DNA of 64,000 nucleotides, from assembly GCA_905178155.1 (NCBI GenBank), contig CAJINV010000001.1, positions 10,472,311-10,536,310 of the forward strand, written 5' to 3'. This DNA comes from Amoebophrya sp. A120 (Eukaryota > Protista > Dinoflagellata). This document shows positions 11,001 through 24,727 of the stretch, piece by piece. The stretch's first letter is position 1; each line of letters begins with the position of its first letter. Made by a program: the position numbers and the translations under genes. The notes beneath the pieces were generated by a model. That model did not search any database, was not told where the DNA came from, and was given only the letters and a program-made list of their open reading frames with translations.

Positions 11001-14000
11001 CGTTTCCGGCGCTGCCGATCCTTAGCGTGGATCAATGCAGTGCGCGGCAAGCAAAGAGCTCCGGTGGTCCCGTTGCCATTGAGCTGCCCAAGCCATGGGC
11101 AGGTCAGAACAGACGGCGTGCGCCTTGCCGTGTGCACGTAGCTCGGCCCTACCGAGTGCCAGGGCATTATCCTGACAGGGGATGATGTCCCGGTGGGAAG
11201 GAAGTTGTTGCGCAGCTCTCAGAGTGCGGAGAGAGAGTTCGCGTTCTTCGACTACCCTCCAGGCTATCTCCGTTCAGTGGTACACACACGTCGATGACGC
11301 GCTCTCGGTTCTCGCGAGCACCACTGGCCGGGGAGTGGAGAACCCGACTGCCCACGATGTGGGTGTAGCAGAGGTTCTTCACGCCGTTAGGGGCACAGGC
11401 CCGGCGTTATCTTGGCCTATTGGCCAGGCCCGCTATCGGCAAGACACATCGGAAAACAGCGCAGCTTCGTCTGCGGCCTGCCGCTCTGTGTGTCGCGGGC
11501 GCTTCGCGATTCTGCTTGTCGATGCACGCCGCGATGCGGCAGACATGCAGTAGCAAGGCGCTCGTCTGTCGTAAATGGATTCGCGCGAGCGGGGGCGCCG
11601 CGGTCCATTACGATGGGAAGGCCTCACTGAAGGCTGTGAAATAGCCACTGGTATCCTACTAGGGCGATGCCCGCAAGGTCCCTGTCACAGGGGTCCGGGG
11701 CCAGTGTAGCGGCAACCTACCGCAGCCGGCAAAAGATCGCGCCGACGGTCATAAGCCGGGGCTAAGTACAGACAGACACACAGGAACACGAGGCAAAAAA
11801 CAAGGCACCCCCGCGCCATGTATTTAGCCCCTGCCAATGGCAGGGGCCGCCCGATGGGCCGCATCACATACACACTACGATCTGACTACAAATAGAGTCA
11901 CCGAAACGAAACGCAATGGTCTGCGTGCCCGATGGGCACGCAGATATATTAAGTACCAGGGCCAGCCCTCACACCACACCGCCCAGCACCCTGGACGCGC
12001 AACCCCACAGCCCCGCAGGCGCGGCGGTTTGTAGCAGTGGGTCGCATGCCTGGGGCGCAGGTTATTGCTGGTGTGTGCCTTCGCCTGCGCGTGTGACTTC
12101 GATGACGTCGCCTGCGGGTGCTGGGGTGGGGTTGGGCGTCCGCGACGTCGTTGTTGCTGCTCTTCGGAGCTCGTGACGCCTTCGTTGCAGCTTCCACATG
12201 GATGCTTGCTTACATCTTGCAGGGCATGTTGTAGGTAGCACTTCGTGTGGAAGTATCAGGTGTGCTGACACGGAAGGAGAGCTGAGGAGCGTGGCCTATC
12301 GGCTTCGCGACTCCGTCCTTCGCTCCTCGGCGTCGGTCCGCCGGTGTTGATTGCTTGAATGCAGTCGACGCAGTCGAGGGGTTCAGCGGTTGGTGTGGGG
12401 GCGAGAGGGAGCGCTGCATAGATGCTCTTTTGCTTCTGTGAACAGGTTCGTTCTTCTCCTGCTTCGGGGTCTCCCAGGAGATCCTGACTCATCCAACGGG
12501 CCTGGGGACGCTTTTGTGGCCTTTGCGAAATTTAAACGAAACACAGCTACGACAGATAGCGTCTACTTACCGAGACGCGTGGTCGGTCGCGCAGTGCTTT
12601 GTGCTGCTTCCGCCACGAGAGGAGACCGCGGAACCCTCCCGGGCCTTACTTATTTAGTCACATTTGGGAGCACGCCCCCACTATCCTCACCCGGTTCCCG
12701 GGTTGTGTCGCGGGGATATGTCCCGGCACGATTCCACAAGCCTCGCTACTTTGCTACGCCGCCCCGTGCGCCCTGCTCTCTGTCCCCGACAGTGCGGGCT
12801 GCCCCCTTTGTTTAGTCGCATTTGGGGAAGATATTCGGCGGTCCCAGTCGCGCCTCGCGGCTTGGGCCACCTCTATGTCCGGGGCATGGCTCTGTGGGGG
12901 TCGAGAGCCTGGCTTGCATGGCCTGCTACCCGTAGCTCGTTGTGCCGGCCGGGTTCTCTCTTGGCTGCCATTGTGACTGTCGCTCGAGGTCTTGCGACTA
13001 TCACTGCGACGCGCTTCTGCACGTCATTCGCTTCCGTTGGTTGCGCGCGCGTTCACTCTATGGGTGAATTGCGCAGAGAAGGTGAAATTATATATAATGT
13101 TGCCTTCTGCTTCTTTGCGCTAGTAGAGCAAACCTTGACTGAAAACAACCTTGCAAACTAAAAAACTCAGATATCCACCAAGCCGAGCGTCGTATCCGTC
13201 CGCTGACGATCAGTCTCGTTCGCATCACCAATGAGCACCGCACCGTCGGTGCCATGCTGTCTTACATGGTGTGTCGATTTCAGGAGACTTTCAACGAGAA
13301 CAAGGCACTCGCTGCCGATACCATTCGGGTCCAGTTCCAGGGCCACGCTGGGCAATCGTTCGCAGCCTTCCTCATCACCGGAATTACCTTCGAACTTGAG
13401 GGCGACGCAAACGACGGCTGCGCCAAGGGACTCAGCGGCGGTCGCGTGATAGTCTACCCGCCGCAGATGTGCAGCTTGGTGCCGCACGAGAATATCTTGA
13501 TCGGAAACGCCGCACTGTACGGCGCGACCGGCGGTCAGGCCTTCTTTTCCGGTGTCGCATCCGAGCGGTTCTGCATCCGTAATTCCGGCGCCGTCGCGGT
13601 CGTTGAGGGCGTCGGCGATCACGGGTGCGAATACATGACGCGCGGGCTGGTGCTGATCCTCGGGAAAACCGGAACGAACTTCGCCGCCGGGATGAGCGGT
13701 GGGATTGCTTTTGTGCTGGATTTGAATCCCCAGAACGTGAATTCCCAGACCGTCTTCGTGGAAAGCATCACGGAAGAGGACCAGCACACGATCAGAAACT
13801 TACTGGAAGAGCACACGGAACTCACCAACTCGCAGATCGGAGCGGAGCTGCTAGCGCTACCGCCCAAGCAGCTTGCCCCTCGGTTCTCCCGCATTTTTCC
13901 GAAGGAGTACAAGAAGGTGCTGAAAGAAGCGATCGTCGAACACACGAAGGTCGGGTCGAAGCTCGCGGCGAAGATCCTCGATGAATTCGACAAGATGCGC

Positions 14001-17000
14001 AACCCGCTGCCGCATAAAAGGACAGACTTGTTTTCCTCCGCGTACCTGCAACACCTCAAGCCCTCCACCGCCTACGGCCAGGCAGGAATCCGCCGCAGCG
14101 TCGCGGGTAGCATTGGCCTCCCGATCGGCGGTCCGCTTCGGGAGGTCGGTGGCGTCGGAGTGGTAAAGTCCTCACTGAGCGCACTGGGGCTTGGAACCGT
14201 CACGGAAAACCGCGCAGTCATTTCCGGGGAGTACGACAGTCTGGTCTCCGCCGACGATCCTGCTGCGCGCTTCCGACTGGGGTATTCCCTCTGGCGCAAA
14301 AGCCCGGCGCCGGGCGGGAAGGACAGCAAACCCGGCGGGGGGAAAGTGCACTTACCGAAAGAGGAACGGGAGAACCTGCTCAACGGCCCGAAGTGGCGCC
14401 GGATTGAAAGGAAGCTGCGCGGCGAGGAAACCCCGTCGACGGCTGCCAGCTGTGACTCTAATGACGGAAGTCAGAATGAGAACGAACCAATAAAGGACGA
14501 CATGAATGACTCCCTCCAGCTGGACAACATCACGTTGCTGCCGCAGGGCTCCAACTCGGTCCCAGGCATCGCGGACTCGTCTGCCGGCGGAGGTACTAGA
14601 AGAGCCAGCACGTCCTCCGTGAATCTCGCGCTGGTTGCGAAGAGCAGTAGTGCGGCTGGGATCAACAAAGTGGACAAACTAGACCACCACCGGGATAGCA
14701 CCGACAGTTTGGAATTTCTGCAGAAGAAAGAAAAACCCACGAAAAAGAAGTATTTGCAAATCATTTCGGATGTCGAGGATATCATGCGCGGCTCGCATCT
14801 ACGAGCGGTAGCGGTTTCCGTTCCGACAAAGCGCAAGGGGTTCCACCTCTACGGACGGAAGACCGCCGGGTACCGCGATCCCAAAGACCGGCTCCTCGAC
14901 AGCGAGGAGATCTACGCTGGTGGGAAAGTGACCGCGTCGACGAGAGCACGGAACCTTGTCCGGACGCAGGCGTCGCGCTGCATGAACTGCGGAACACCCA
15001 CGTGCCAGTTCCCGAACCAGGGGGGCGGCGGGTGCCCGCTGGCCAATCGGATCCCGGTGTGGAACAGTTTGGTTCACGAGGAGGATTGGAAACGGGCGCT
15101 GGAGCGGTTGCTCGATACAAACAACTTCCCGGAATTCACGGGGACAACCTGCCCCGCCCCGTGCGAGGAGGCGTGCGTGCTTGGAATCAACGAAGGCCCG
15201 GTGACGATCAAATCGATCGAGAACGCGATTATCGAGAAGGGCTTCCAGATGGGGTGGGTCAGCCCCAAGCCCCCGGTGTTCCGGACCAAGAAGAAAGTCG
15301 TGGTCGTTGGCAGCGGGCCGTGCGGGTTGGCCGCGGCGCAGCAACTGAACCGAGCGGGTCACCAGGTCACGGTGCTGGAGCGAGAGGACCAGTTCGGCGG
15401 GTTGCTGTTCTACGGCATTCCAAACATGAAGTTGGAGAAGAGGAAGGTGGTCAGGCGAATCGACTTGATGCGCCAAGAGGGGATTACCTTCCACGCGAAC
15501 GTCGAGGTGGGCACGACTGTCAACTACGATTTGCAGACACTCTGTTCGGAGTACGACGCGGTGCTGTTCTCCACCGGCGCGAACGCGGCACGGAAGCTGG
15601 AGCGGTCTTTGCCCGGGAATGATTTGGGCAACATTGTCCAGGCCATGGATTTCTTGACGGACTCACAGAGGTATGAAAGCCAGCTGGCAGGCGTCAACAC
15701 GGATCCGCATAGTTTACCCGCTGCGGTTCTTTCCATCAGCACGAATTCATCCGCTACAGGAGCGAACAGACCGGGCAAACAGCAAGCTTCCGGTCCGTCA
15801 AAGAAATTCGATTGCGCAGACAAGGACATCATCGTGATTGGCGGTGGCGACACAGCGGTGGACGTGATTGGCACGGCGATAAGACAGGGCGCAAAATCGA
15901 TCACGCAATTTTCCCGGCGGCCGAAAGCCAGCGAAGACCGACCGGTTCACACCCCCTGGCCAAGCTGGGCCGATGTGTATCGGACCGATTATGCGCATGA
16001 GGAGTACATCGCGGCCACAGGGTCGGATCCGAGGACGTACGCGATCAAAACTCGAGAGTTCGTCCCGGACAGAACCGGAAAAGTAGTGAAGAAGGTCGTC
16101 GCGTTGCAGGATGTGCTGGACGCCGACGGGAACAAAACTGGAGAGGAGCGGTTGGTGGAGTACGATGCGGACTACGTCTTTCTCGCGATGGGCTTCGTTG
16201 GCAGTGAGAAGATCAAGTGCCCGGCCCAATCTGCGGTTTCGCAGTTGCGACCGAATCAACTATTCGAGCAGGAAGAAAGTTTGAATAGTTCCGCAAGTTC
16301 ACTTCCTGCGGTTTCGACCCCGCAGACGCGGTCAGCCAACGGGCACCAGATTTCAACTTCCGGTGTTACGACGCTGGCACAACTAAGCACCAACAATCCC
16401 AATCGCAAGGAGGAGCCGGTGGAGACCGAGCAGCAAGACCACTACTACCTCGGTTCCAACGTTTTTTTCGCGGGCGATTGCCGCCGCGGCGCGAGTTTGG
16501 TCGTCACCGCCATCGCGGAAGGGCGCGACGTGGCCAACCGGATCGATGAGTACTTGCTCGCGAAGGATTGTTTAAGGGGAGACTATTCCGGCCTGAAGTA
16601 CGGGGACGCGGCTCTGTTCAATCGCGGGCTGTCTGCCTTACCCCGGTGCATTCCGCTCGCGCAGAACCCGGCGCTTTACACGAGGTCCGACGTGTTAGAG
16701 TCGAACGAGCAGATCTACCGGAAAAAGAAAAAGATGAAGAAGCCCCAGATCTCGGACGGGTTCGAGCGCGGTTTTCTGCTGCAGGACGATCCTGCAAACG
16801 GCCTCGACAAGGAAGGGAACGAGAGTAAGCAGACCACTCCGCAAGGCTCGCCGCGGGCATTGGCGATCACCGACCGCGCTCGCTCCGCGGAGTCTGCAAG
16901 TTCCTTGACGGCAGTGTTGCCGCCGCTTGTCGAGCAGACCACGTCTCAAGCTGACGACAGTACCAGTCTACTCTCCTCCAAAGTGCGACCGGTGAAGGCA

Positions 17001-17357
17001 GTACAGATTCAGTTGAACCCGGTCGTATCCCCTACGACTCTCGCTGAGAAAGAAGAAGTGAACGAAGATCTCGAAAAGTCCAGGCCAAAGAAGAGAAAAA
17101 GACACAAGAAGAAGCACAATGACCGGAATAAAGACCCTGACGCTTCAGATTCAGACTCGTCGTCTTCGTCCGATTCTGAGGAAGAAAAAGGGCGGCATAA
17201 AGGACGAAAGCGCAACAAGCATCGGGATGCAGATCGTCGTGCAGACGAACAGAAAATACAGAACATGCTGATGGTTGGCATCGGTATTTCCGTCGTATCT
17301 AACATTGCTTTGGCGGGGCTATTGGCGTTCGTGTCTCTGAGGAGTACACGACGTTGA
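5050..17357 (+). CDS. GLT1: Glutamate synthase (NADH), fused large and small subunit, multi-exon
   Basis: GATase motifs ACGVG, HRGA, HSRFSTN, HNGEIN and MEPWDGPA; FMN-domain motifs [31 protein letters not shown] and [19 protein letters not shown]; GXGXG domain; small-subunit motifs [25 protein letters not shown] and IGGGDT. GT-AG introns at 6008-6131, 6883-7017, 8102-8204 and 10655-13170, plus introners D and E. Start codon uncertain. Confidence 0.95.
8658..8870. mobile_element. Introner D (distinct TIR family)
   Basis: Left TATCGCACGAAAAAAGTGTTACAGTTACACA; right reverse complement TATCCTGAGAAAAAAGTGTTACAGTTACACA. TSD ACTTC. Removing 218 nt gives [19 protein letters not shown]. Confidence 0.92.
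8918..9169. mobile_element. Introner E (main TIR family)
   Basis: TATCAAATGTAAAAATGTCTGGGTCTGGAA...TTCCAGACCCAGACACTTTTGCATTTGATA. TSD CCCCG. Removing 257 nt gives [16 protein letters not shown]. Confidence 0.95.
10655..13170 (+). other. 2.5-kb GT-AG intron of glutamate synthase with a GC-rich, probably mobile-element-derived insert
   Basis: Phase-1 donor C|GTACTA at 10655 and acceptor AAAAAACTCAG|AT at 13170 join FGQT-H-IHQAERR...[10 protein letters not shown]. It is more than 10 times longer than the other introns here. Confidence 0.75.
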
Positions 17358-19287
17358 CGAAGCAAACATGGGGGCGAGTCATTCTCATGTTGCTTTTTTT
17401 CTTCCACGACGACGACGTGAATTTTCTGTAGTACCACCGACGTTTCTCTTTCTACCCCTACACCGTGGACTACTTCATCTATTCTGAAGTTTCTTGTCAT
17501 CTCCACGCAGCCGACAATGACAACCATCAAAATACCAATTTTTTCCCCATCCGCGACGCAGTAATATTTGAAGGGTTCGAGTAGTCACGTTCCTGCCTCC
17601 TCAAGAACACTTCTCACCCCCGCAAGCACTTCATGCAGCGGGCGTTAGTTTGAGAGTTTTTTGTCTTGCGTTTAAACGAGGACAATGGCGCGACTTAAGT
17701 ACAACCTGTTTCCCCTCCCAATGCTATCACAGACACTAACCGGTACATATTGTATCCACTAGGACTAGCTATCTGAGCTTATTGTACTTGCGGTCTGCTA
17801 CGCAAGAATCAAACTTCTATCTGTATCGCACACTATTTTCATCATCTATAGCGCACGCGCTCGCGCTCACTTTTTCCATTTTTTCATCGCTAGCATCGAG
17901 GATGTTGGCAACACACGAAAACAAGTTTTATGATGCGCTCCTATACTCACTCGCTAGTAGCAGGTGTTGATCTGATCTCGACGAAGGTAGTTCTACCGAG
18001 GTTTTGTTGAGTCAGCGTCACCTCTTGTAGTTTCAATACACGCTTGACAGTATGAGATAATATTCACAGTTTCTGCATTCTTTTATCCAGGTGATAGATG
18101 AATGTGAAAGGCTGTATATCATATCATCACCTCTTTGTTGGGCTTCTTGTGAATCCTCCTTTTGATAAGTATTTGATTTTCGCTTGGTTTCACCCGCGCG
18201 CGCGCGCGGCCACCCTACGCTCACAGATGTACCACAATCCCTTCAAGCAGGTGTGCAGTGTACAAGTCATTTTTAGTTGATCATTGACCGCCTGCAGTGT
18301 ACTTCTCTCTCCAGTGCTACAAGTGCTTGCACCAAGAGAATCTGTTCTCGTAGATGCAGTCTGACTGTCGAGTATTTTCCGTGAACGCTGCAGGCTTCAA
18401 ACGATTTCAATATTTACGACATCGGAGTAGAAGAGGCATGAAGGACGATTGATAGTACGCTAATTATACCCTAAGATTGACACCACGACCTACAGCCCTT
18501 TGGTAAAGCGTAGCGCCAGCTACGTTCTGTATTTGATTTTTTTCTTCTACCTTCCAGAAGCTCGTTTTAAACTCTTCACACTTTAGTCGAAAAGCGACAG
18601 AATAGGAAACGAAGTATCACGACAGCCAATGCTCCTAGTACAAGCGAACTGAATGAATCGCCCCCGAGTCCGAGTCTGTACAAATGCTGTCGAAGAACAT
18701 CTCGCATCTCGAAGAGGATGAGGAAAAGCTACAATCTTGTACGAAGTAGTCTGTCCGTCGGTAAGAAGACAAAGAGGTGAAGTGAATATGAAAACCAAAC
18801 ACAGGAGGGAAGGGGAAGGCACTACTCCGGTTTCCATATGGTCTCGCAGGAAAATAAAATTTCGTGTTCGTCGTGATCATGCGAAGATCAGCTCGAATTT
18901 TGGCTCTCGGACGCATAGAAAATGAAAGATCTAGTACCGTACTATTTCTATTGGGGCGCTAATTTATTCGTCTGAAATATCAGTCGTTCTTCGTCTTCTA
19001 TCGCATCGTGTGCTTGCTCGAATGAACACGAAGCGAATATCGATCGACGATTTGCTAGCGCTTGGATGAGCGAGTGCAGCTTGGTTTTCCGAATGTTGCT
19101 GTTTATCTGAATCGTGAATTTACATTTAGCGTCTTGTCACCATACGATAGACCTCGATATCAAGTTGAAATTCGTTGGTTTTTTTGGTGTTGGTTAAAAG
19201 AAGTTTGCAACGAACCGCAGAGAACGACTTGGAACACGTCGACGATTCACATTGTGCAACTTCTACCCGACCGGGTAAAAATCAACC

Positions 19288-22200
19288 GTGAAAATGAGGA
19301 ACTGGGTTTTGTTGTTACCTGCATCTTCTGGGCCTACGATCCTCTCGTCAGCGAGACGCCACGTGGTAAAACTATACGATGAGGTGGACAGGAATCCTCC
19401 CGAGGAAACACGTCAGTGGCACCAGCAGCATCATGAAATGGATGCCGATGGGTCTTCATCCACGACGGCAACGCAGTCCTGGGCCGTGCCTGTGATGATG
19501 TTTGGCGGTCGTTCTTCGTTTCTTAGCACATCAAACCGTGATCTCGCTGGAGTGCCGGATGAAGAGGAAATTTCGATGCTGCACTCCTTGCAAAAAGAAT
19601 CCGAAGAGCACTTCCTGCAAAAAAAAGAGAAAAGAAGAAAACGGCGGGAGGAAAAAGCAGCTGCAAGAGCGGCGAGTGAGCAGCCGGCAGGAAAGGTGGA
19701 TCCTGTGGTCACTACAACGACAAATTCTACGACTACGTCCGCGCTGACCTTAGCTGCCGCCGCAGCTAGCGCAGAAAGCAAATTTGGTTCAGTGGGGGAG
19801 GGTGGAGAGAATAAAACAACTGCGGAAGTAGTTCTTCCTGATCAACAGCACCCCCAGCCGCAGTCCTTCACCGTCACTGTAACGACCACGACCGACGAGC
19901 TAACCGGAGGAAGATCCGTAACTGTGGATGCGGTGCCAGCTGATTCGGATTCCTCCTCCGGCGGAGCTTCCGACCACGAGCAGGAGGAGAATGAGAAACA
20001 AGAACCGCAACCACCAGCAAGGACAACAACCACTTCGGGGACAGGGGCTGATGGCAATGACGACATGACAACAGACGAGCTAGAGCAGCATGGTAGCTTG
20101 AACATCCTTCCGGTCGAGTCCAGCGCTTCTTCCTCGTCCAACGCTTTCGGAACAACGGCGTCAGCAGCTAAAAAAACGTCCTCCACCGCACCTCCTAGTG
20201 GCGCGACGGCGGCGCCATTTGGTCTCGATGATGAAGGAATTGGAGCATCTACTTCAGGATCCTCAACAACCGAAACCGTGTCGGCAAGAAGTTCGAACTA
20301 CAACAACTATCGCGATAGGACGCCCGCAAAGCTTGGTGCGTTGTCAACCGCCGCTCTTGTGGACACAATTTTGAATGTAACCAGTACGACAACGCTGGCT
20401 CCCGAGCTGGCTGAAAACATCAAGGCTACCATAATGCCAGAAGTGGACGCAGACGTGCTAGTGGGGAATGCGGAAGATGTTGCAAGTACCAAAGCAAAAG
20501 TGCCGGTAGTGGACGCGGAAATGAACCAAGTAGAGCAGGAGCCGATTCCCACGGTTGTCTTTGTAGATGCTGTTGGTGACGCAACAGAAACGGAAACTGG
20601 AGCAAAAGTAGTAACGCCGGAGCAAGTGCCTGCTCTCGAAGATCTCGATGAGGATCTAGAGCAGGAGGAGATTGAAGCGCAGAAGGCCATCGATGAAATT
20701 CGCAAACAACGGAATGGTCGGCCGTACATTCCTGGCGGCATGCATCCAAGTATCAGATCTACTTGCTTCGTGATGCCTGCTGCTGCTGGTCAAGGGGCTA
20801 TAAGTGTCTGTCAAGAATGGTATCAGTTCCAAACAGTTGAAGTGAGAAAGAGACACTGAGACATATTCTAATATGGAGTTGAATTTCATAATCATAAACA
20901 AAAAAACAGGCACGGCTTCATCGTCATCAAGAACATCGTCGTCCAGCGACACTTCGTCCGATCTGCAGGCTTCCCTGACGGTCCCCGATCGCTACATGTG
21001 TCGCCCGAAATTTGAGCTACCGAAGTTCTCCACGCTGCCGAAACCCGAAAGATTGCTCCGCCAGCGGTGGCTTTCGCTGAACCACTTTTGTCAGAATCTG
21101 CAGTTGGCACCAAATGCGGACATCCACTACCGTGTGTGCTTTGGCGAGGGCTTCACCGCGACAGACATGCGTTCGCAGGAGAGCATCCATTTCGGTGCGT
21201 TTCGCGACGACCTCGATGCCGAACTGCCAGTGAAATCAAAATCTGCGTCACAGCGCGGCGCATCAGGTATGATCAGTTCGTACCAACGTTTGAAACTCGT
21301 CGTAGAAAACAAGGAAAAGAGCAAGAAGGAAAGCAGCAGCAGTTCGGGGACTGAGAACAGCGCGAATGACAGTACCGCGGAACAAGAAGCGCCGAATAGT
21401 CCGCAAGGGCTTACCTACGAAAATCCCGGGGAATACTACTATTCGCAGCTGTTCTACACGCATCGAAAAAATGCGCACCCGCGATCCGAACCAGACCGCG
21501 TCGGCGCGGAGGTGCAGTGCTTCTGCGGCTCGGGAAGCGCCCAATTCTACTACTTGGACCTCATTGCGGATCAGGATCAGGTCCTTGCGAAGACGACTGA
21601 TACAACCGCTTCTGTGGTCGTCGATGAAACGAAAAATGATGAAAGTACATCATCCACGACCAATGCACAAAGTAGTACCAGCGGTCTGAACATCACGGAA
21701 ATCGAAGCTATCGCCGACATTGCGGACGAGGACGACATTGGCAGCTTGAAGCGAGAGCAGCACCGCTACCGGGTCGTGGCAAAGCTGACCCACCCGGTCT
21801 GCTGCAAGCACATCCACGCGGGGCAGTTACTCTCCGGGATCGACACGCCCATCAAAGCCACGGTGGAGAATGCGGCGGACGCGTTCGAGCGGAAAATCAT
21901 CGCGGCAAGTTTTTTCACGCGCCTGAAACTGGTTTTCGACAACCGCTTGTACGTGGTGCCTTACAACAAGGAGTCCGGGACCATCATCGAGTCTCTTCCC
22001 AGGCATTTGTTACTCCGCCGCTCCTCCTCCCGCATCGGAAACCCGCCGTCTGGTGGTGGCGGCTCCGCGGGCGGTGGAAAGCATTCCTACGGGGAGGTCT
22101 TTGGCGGTGTGAACATGGTGGCAGCTAACTTAGGCAGGAGTCGACACACGATCAACCGACACCCGGCCTTGCGGTACGAAATCACCGATTGCCCCGGGTC

Positions 22201-22978
22201 CGCAATCTACTTCGTCTGCCCGTTGTTTCCCGAGAGAGTTACGGAAGAAACCGGATCGCACACGCACATTGCGTTCATCACGGACGGATTTGAGCTGTCC
22301 GAGGAATTTCTGGGCGATTTCCCCGGGCAAGTGATCTTCGCCCCGGATTGGGTCGAGGATGAGGAGGAGGACAAGAACACATCCGAGGAGCATCCATTTT
22401 TTAAAATCACCGACATAGCCGGATTAAACCTTCATCAAGATGTTCCTGCTGGCTCTCCTTCTACAATCGCCTCCTACGACAATGACGCAAGTCTTCTTGT
22501 TTCCGAAGAAGACGCCACGTCTGCAGCAGTGATGTCGGGTGACGAGGAGAGCAATGGTAATGGAATGGCGATGATGAGCAAAAATGGAACAGAAATTGAA
22601 AATATTGACGCAAAGAACTCCACTGCAGAAGTAAAAACGTCAAATACTAATACAACGAGCAACAAAACCGAGGACGAGCTTCTGGAGGATGAGTACGAGA
22701 GACGATTAAAAGAACTCGACGCCGCGTTGGACTTCACAGAGGAAGAAAGACAGGAGTCTAGCGGCACGGGCGAAGAAGATGAAAATTCATCTTCCGGCAC
22801 AACATCGGCTTCATCTCCAAAAACTGCGTTTTCCAAGACCAGAAAAATGCGAAAGTGCCCACTCCCGGCGCACCGGGTGGAGCTCGTCATTACCAGCACA
22901 CTTCTCTGTCCCCACCCCCAGTTGCGCCCCGAACCGGCGCCAACAGTGGACATCGAGTGCAACTCATTTCCACGGTGA
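19288..22978 (+). CDS. Putative OS-9/erlectin-like (MRH-domain) ER lectin with long low-complexity inserts
   Basis: ORFs 19288-20859 and 20873-22978 can be joined by a GT-AG intron at about 20789-20909. Cys motifs YRVCFG, YYSQLFY, EVQCFCG and C-terminal VITSTLLCPHPQL...IECN resemble OS-9 family MRH patterns (recognised by eye). Confidence 0.55.
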
Positions 22979-24727
22979 CGAGAATGACAGCAGGATGTTT
23001 CGTCGGGCAGGGGCGAAAAGGAAAACCAAAAGCTCAAAGTTTTCACGAGGAAGAATTAAGATTTTTTACTTAACTTAGAAAAGGTATAGCTTGCATTTTC
23101 TCGAGAAATAATTAGAAATTTGAATCGATATGCTGTAACTATGTAACTTACGACTCACCTACCTATGTACAGGAAAATATGTTGAATTTGAAACAATTGG
23201 ATACCAAAATTAATTTGAGTAAAAGCGTAATTCCACTTAAGTCCCAGTCAACTCGCATCGTTGTGCTGCGTCATCTTCGAAAAACGTATACGTGATGTTA
23301 GCAACTCTATCATTTGTATCTTTGAGGCTCGAAAAATTGTTCAAAATACTTGTACAAGAAACTCGTTGCTGTACCTGTACGCCAAATAAACTGAAATTAA
23401 TCAGCGAGCGCGACCTACGCGGATCTACTACTTCTAAAGCTTTGCATTGCCCTACACAGTCCGTCTGCAAATCGTTTGCGAAGCACTTCTAGTATCAACT
23501 TATTTCTCTACTCTGTCGGACACCTAACGATCGATACCAATTGTTTTGGCAAACATGTACAACACTTACCTGGCACGCGGCGGAGACTTACGAATGTAAT
23601 AATTGAAAAATTGATTGACAAAAGCAGCTCCACCTCTAACTCTAGTTCCTTCTGCTTACCACAATGTATTGCAGCTATGGTCGCCAGCTTATTGACATTC
23701 ACGCAAAGATGTAAAAAAAGAAGTACGGCATTTCCATTTCCGATTGTGTGTGGGGAGGCCAGAAGATGTTGTTGAGATCGCGAATGATATGTTGAATCAC
23801 TGACGCCTCGGAGAGTTTGTCGATGGACGCCGTTTGATTTTGCCAGGTGCCCTGTAATCGGGTGTGCTTTTTGGCAAAGCTTGTTCTTCGCTAGCTATTC
23901 CCTGCTTGGTAGTCTTGGGTCTTGCTAGAGACGAGCAAGCATGCCAATTCAAAGTTGCCCACTCTTGTCAAACTGCAAATTGCGCACACACCTTTAACGA
24001 GAGATTCCGAAACAAGAAAAATTCAAGCACTCAAATTACCTGCAGCGACTTTCCCGGCGGTGTGCGCTCTCCATTGCACTTCGGTCCTCCAGTAGTATGG
24101 TTAGGTAGAGTTCAACTTCAAGCGTCTAAAAAAGTAGCCAGTGCTTCTCTTTACACCCTTTGTCGGGATGAAGAAATTTCAGCCTATTTGTCGTGTAGGT
24201 AGCACCACTCTCGTACGGATAAGACACAACAGAAACCAATTACCGACCAGGGAGTTCTTTTGTGATTCTTGACAATAAGTAGGATGCTGAAACAGTAAAA
24301 GGCAAACTTTCTTTCACTTTCTACCAAAGCGTCATAATTCTGGATTTTTGGAGGATTGGTGCAACTGACGCATGTGCACCGCTCTTTCTCTTTCAATGTC
24401 GTGAGTATGACAACGTCTAGTAGAGTTCTTTCAGAACAATATTTCCTTGTACAGCTGGTCAATTAACAAGTTAGCTTAACGAGTTTGAGTACGAGTACTA
24501 GCCAATTATATCAAAAACGAAAGGAATCTTCCTATGTTTCCTCTGGCACCACGCGGAAGTGGTAGTGGAAGAGGTTCATTTTGATCGTTCTTGGAAATAT
24601 ACGAACTTGGTGCAACGTACCACACAAATCAACCGATAGTAGTTTTTGCTTGGCGCGGAGAAAATTAAAGTTGCATTTGATTGCTTTTTACACGCGGGTG
24701 GACGAGGTTGTTTCTTAGACGTCGACC

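Noticed and set aside
11182-11553. WYTHVDDAL resembling the reverse-transcriptase YxDD motif
   Set aside because: The ORF is short, the motif is HVDD, and no other RT motifs flank it.
5050-17357. Fragmented glutamate synthase as a pseudogene or bacterial gltBD operon
   Set aside because: Every break is explained by a frame-consistent intron or introner, and the large and small subunits are fused in one ORF as in eukaryotic NADH-GOGAT.
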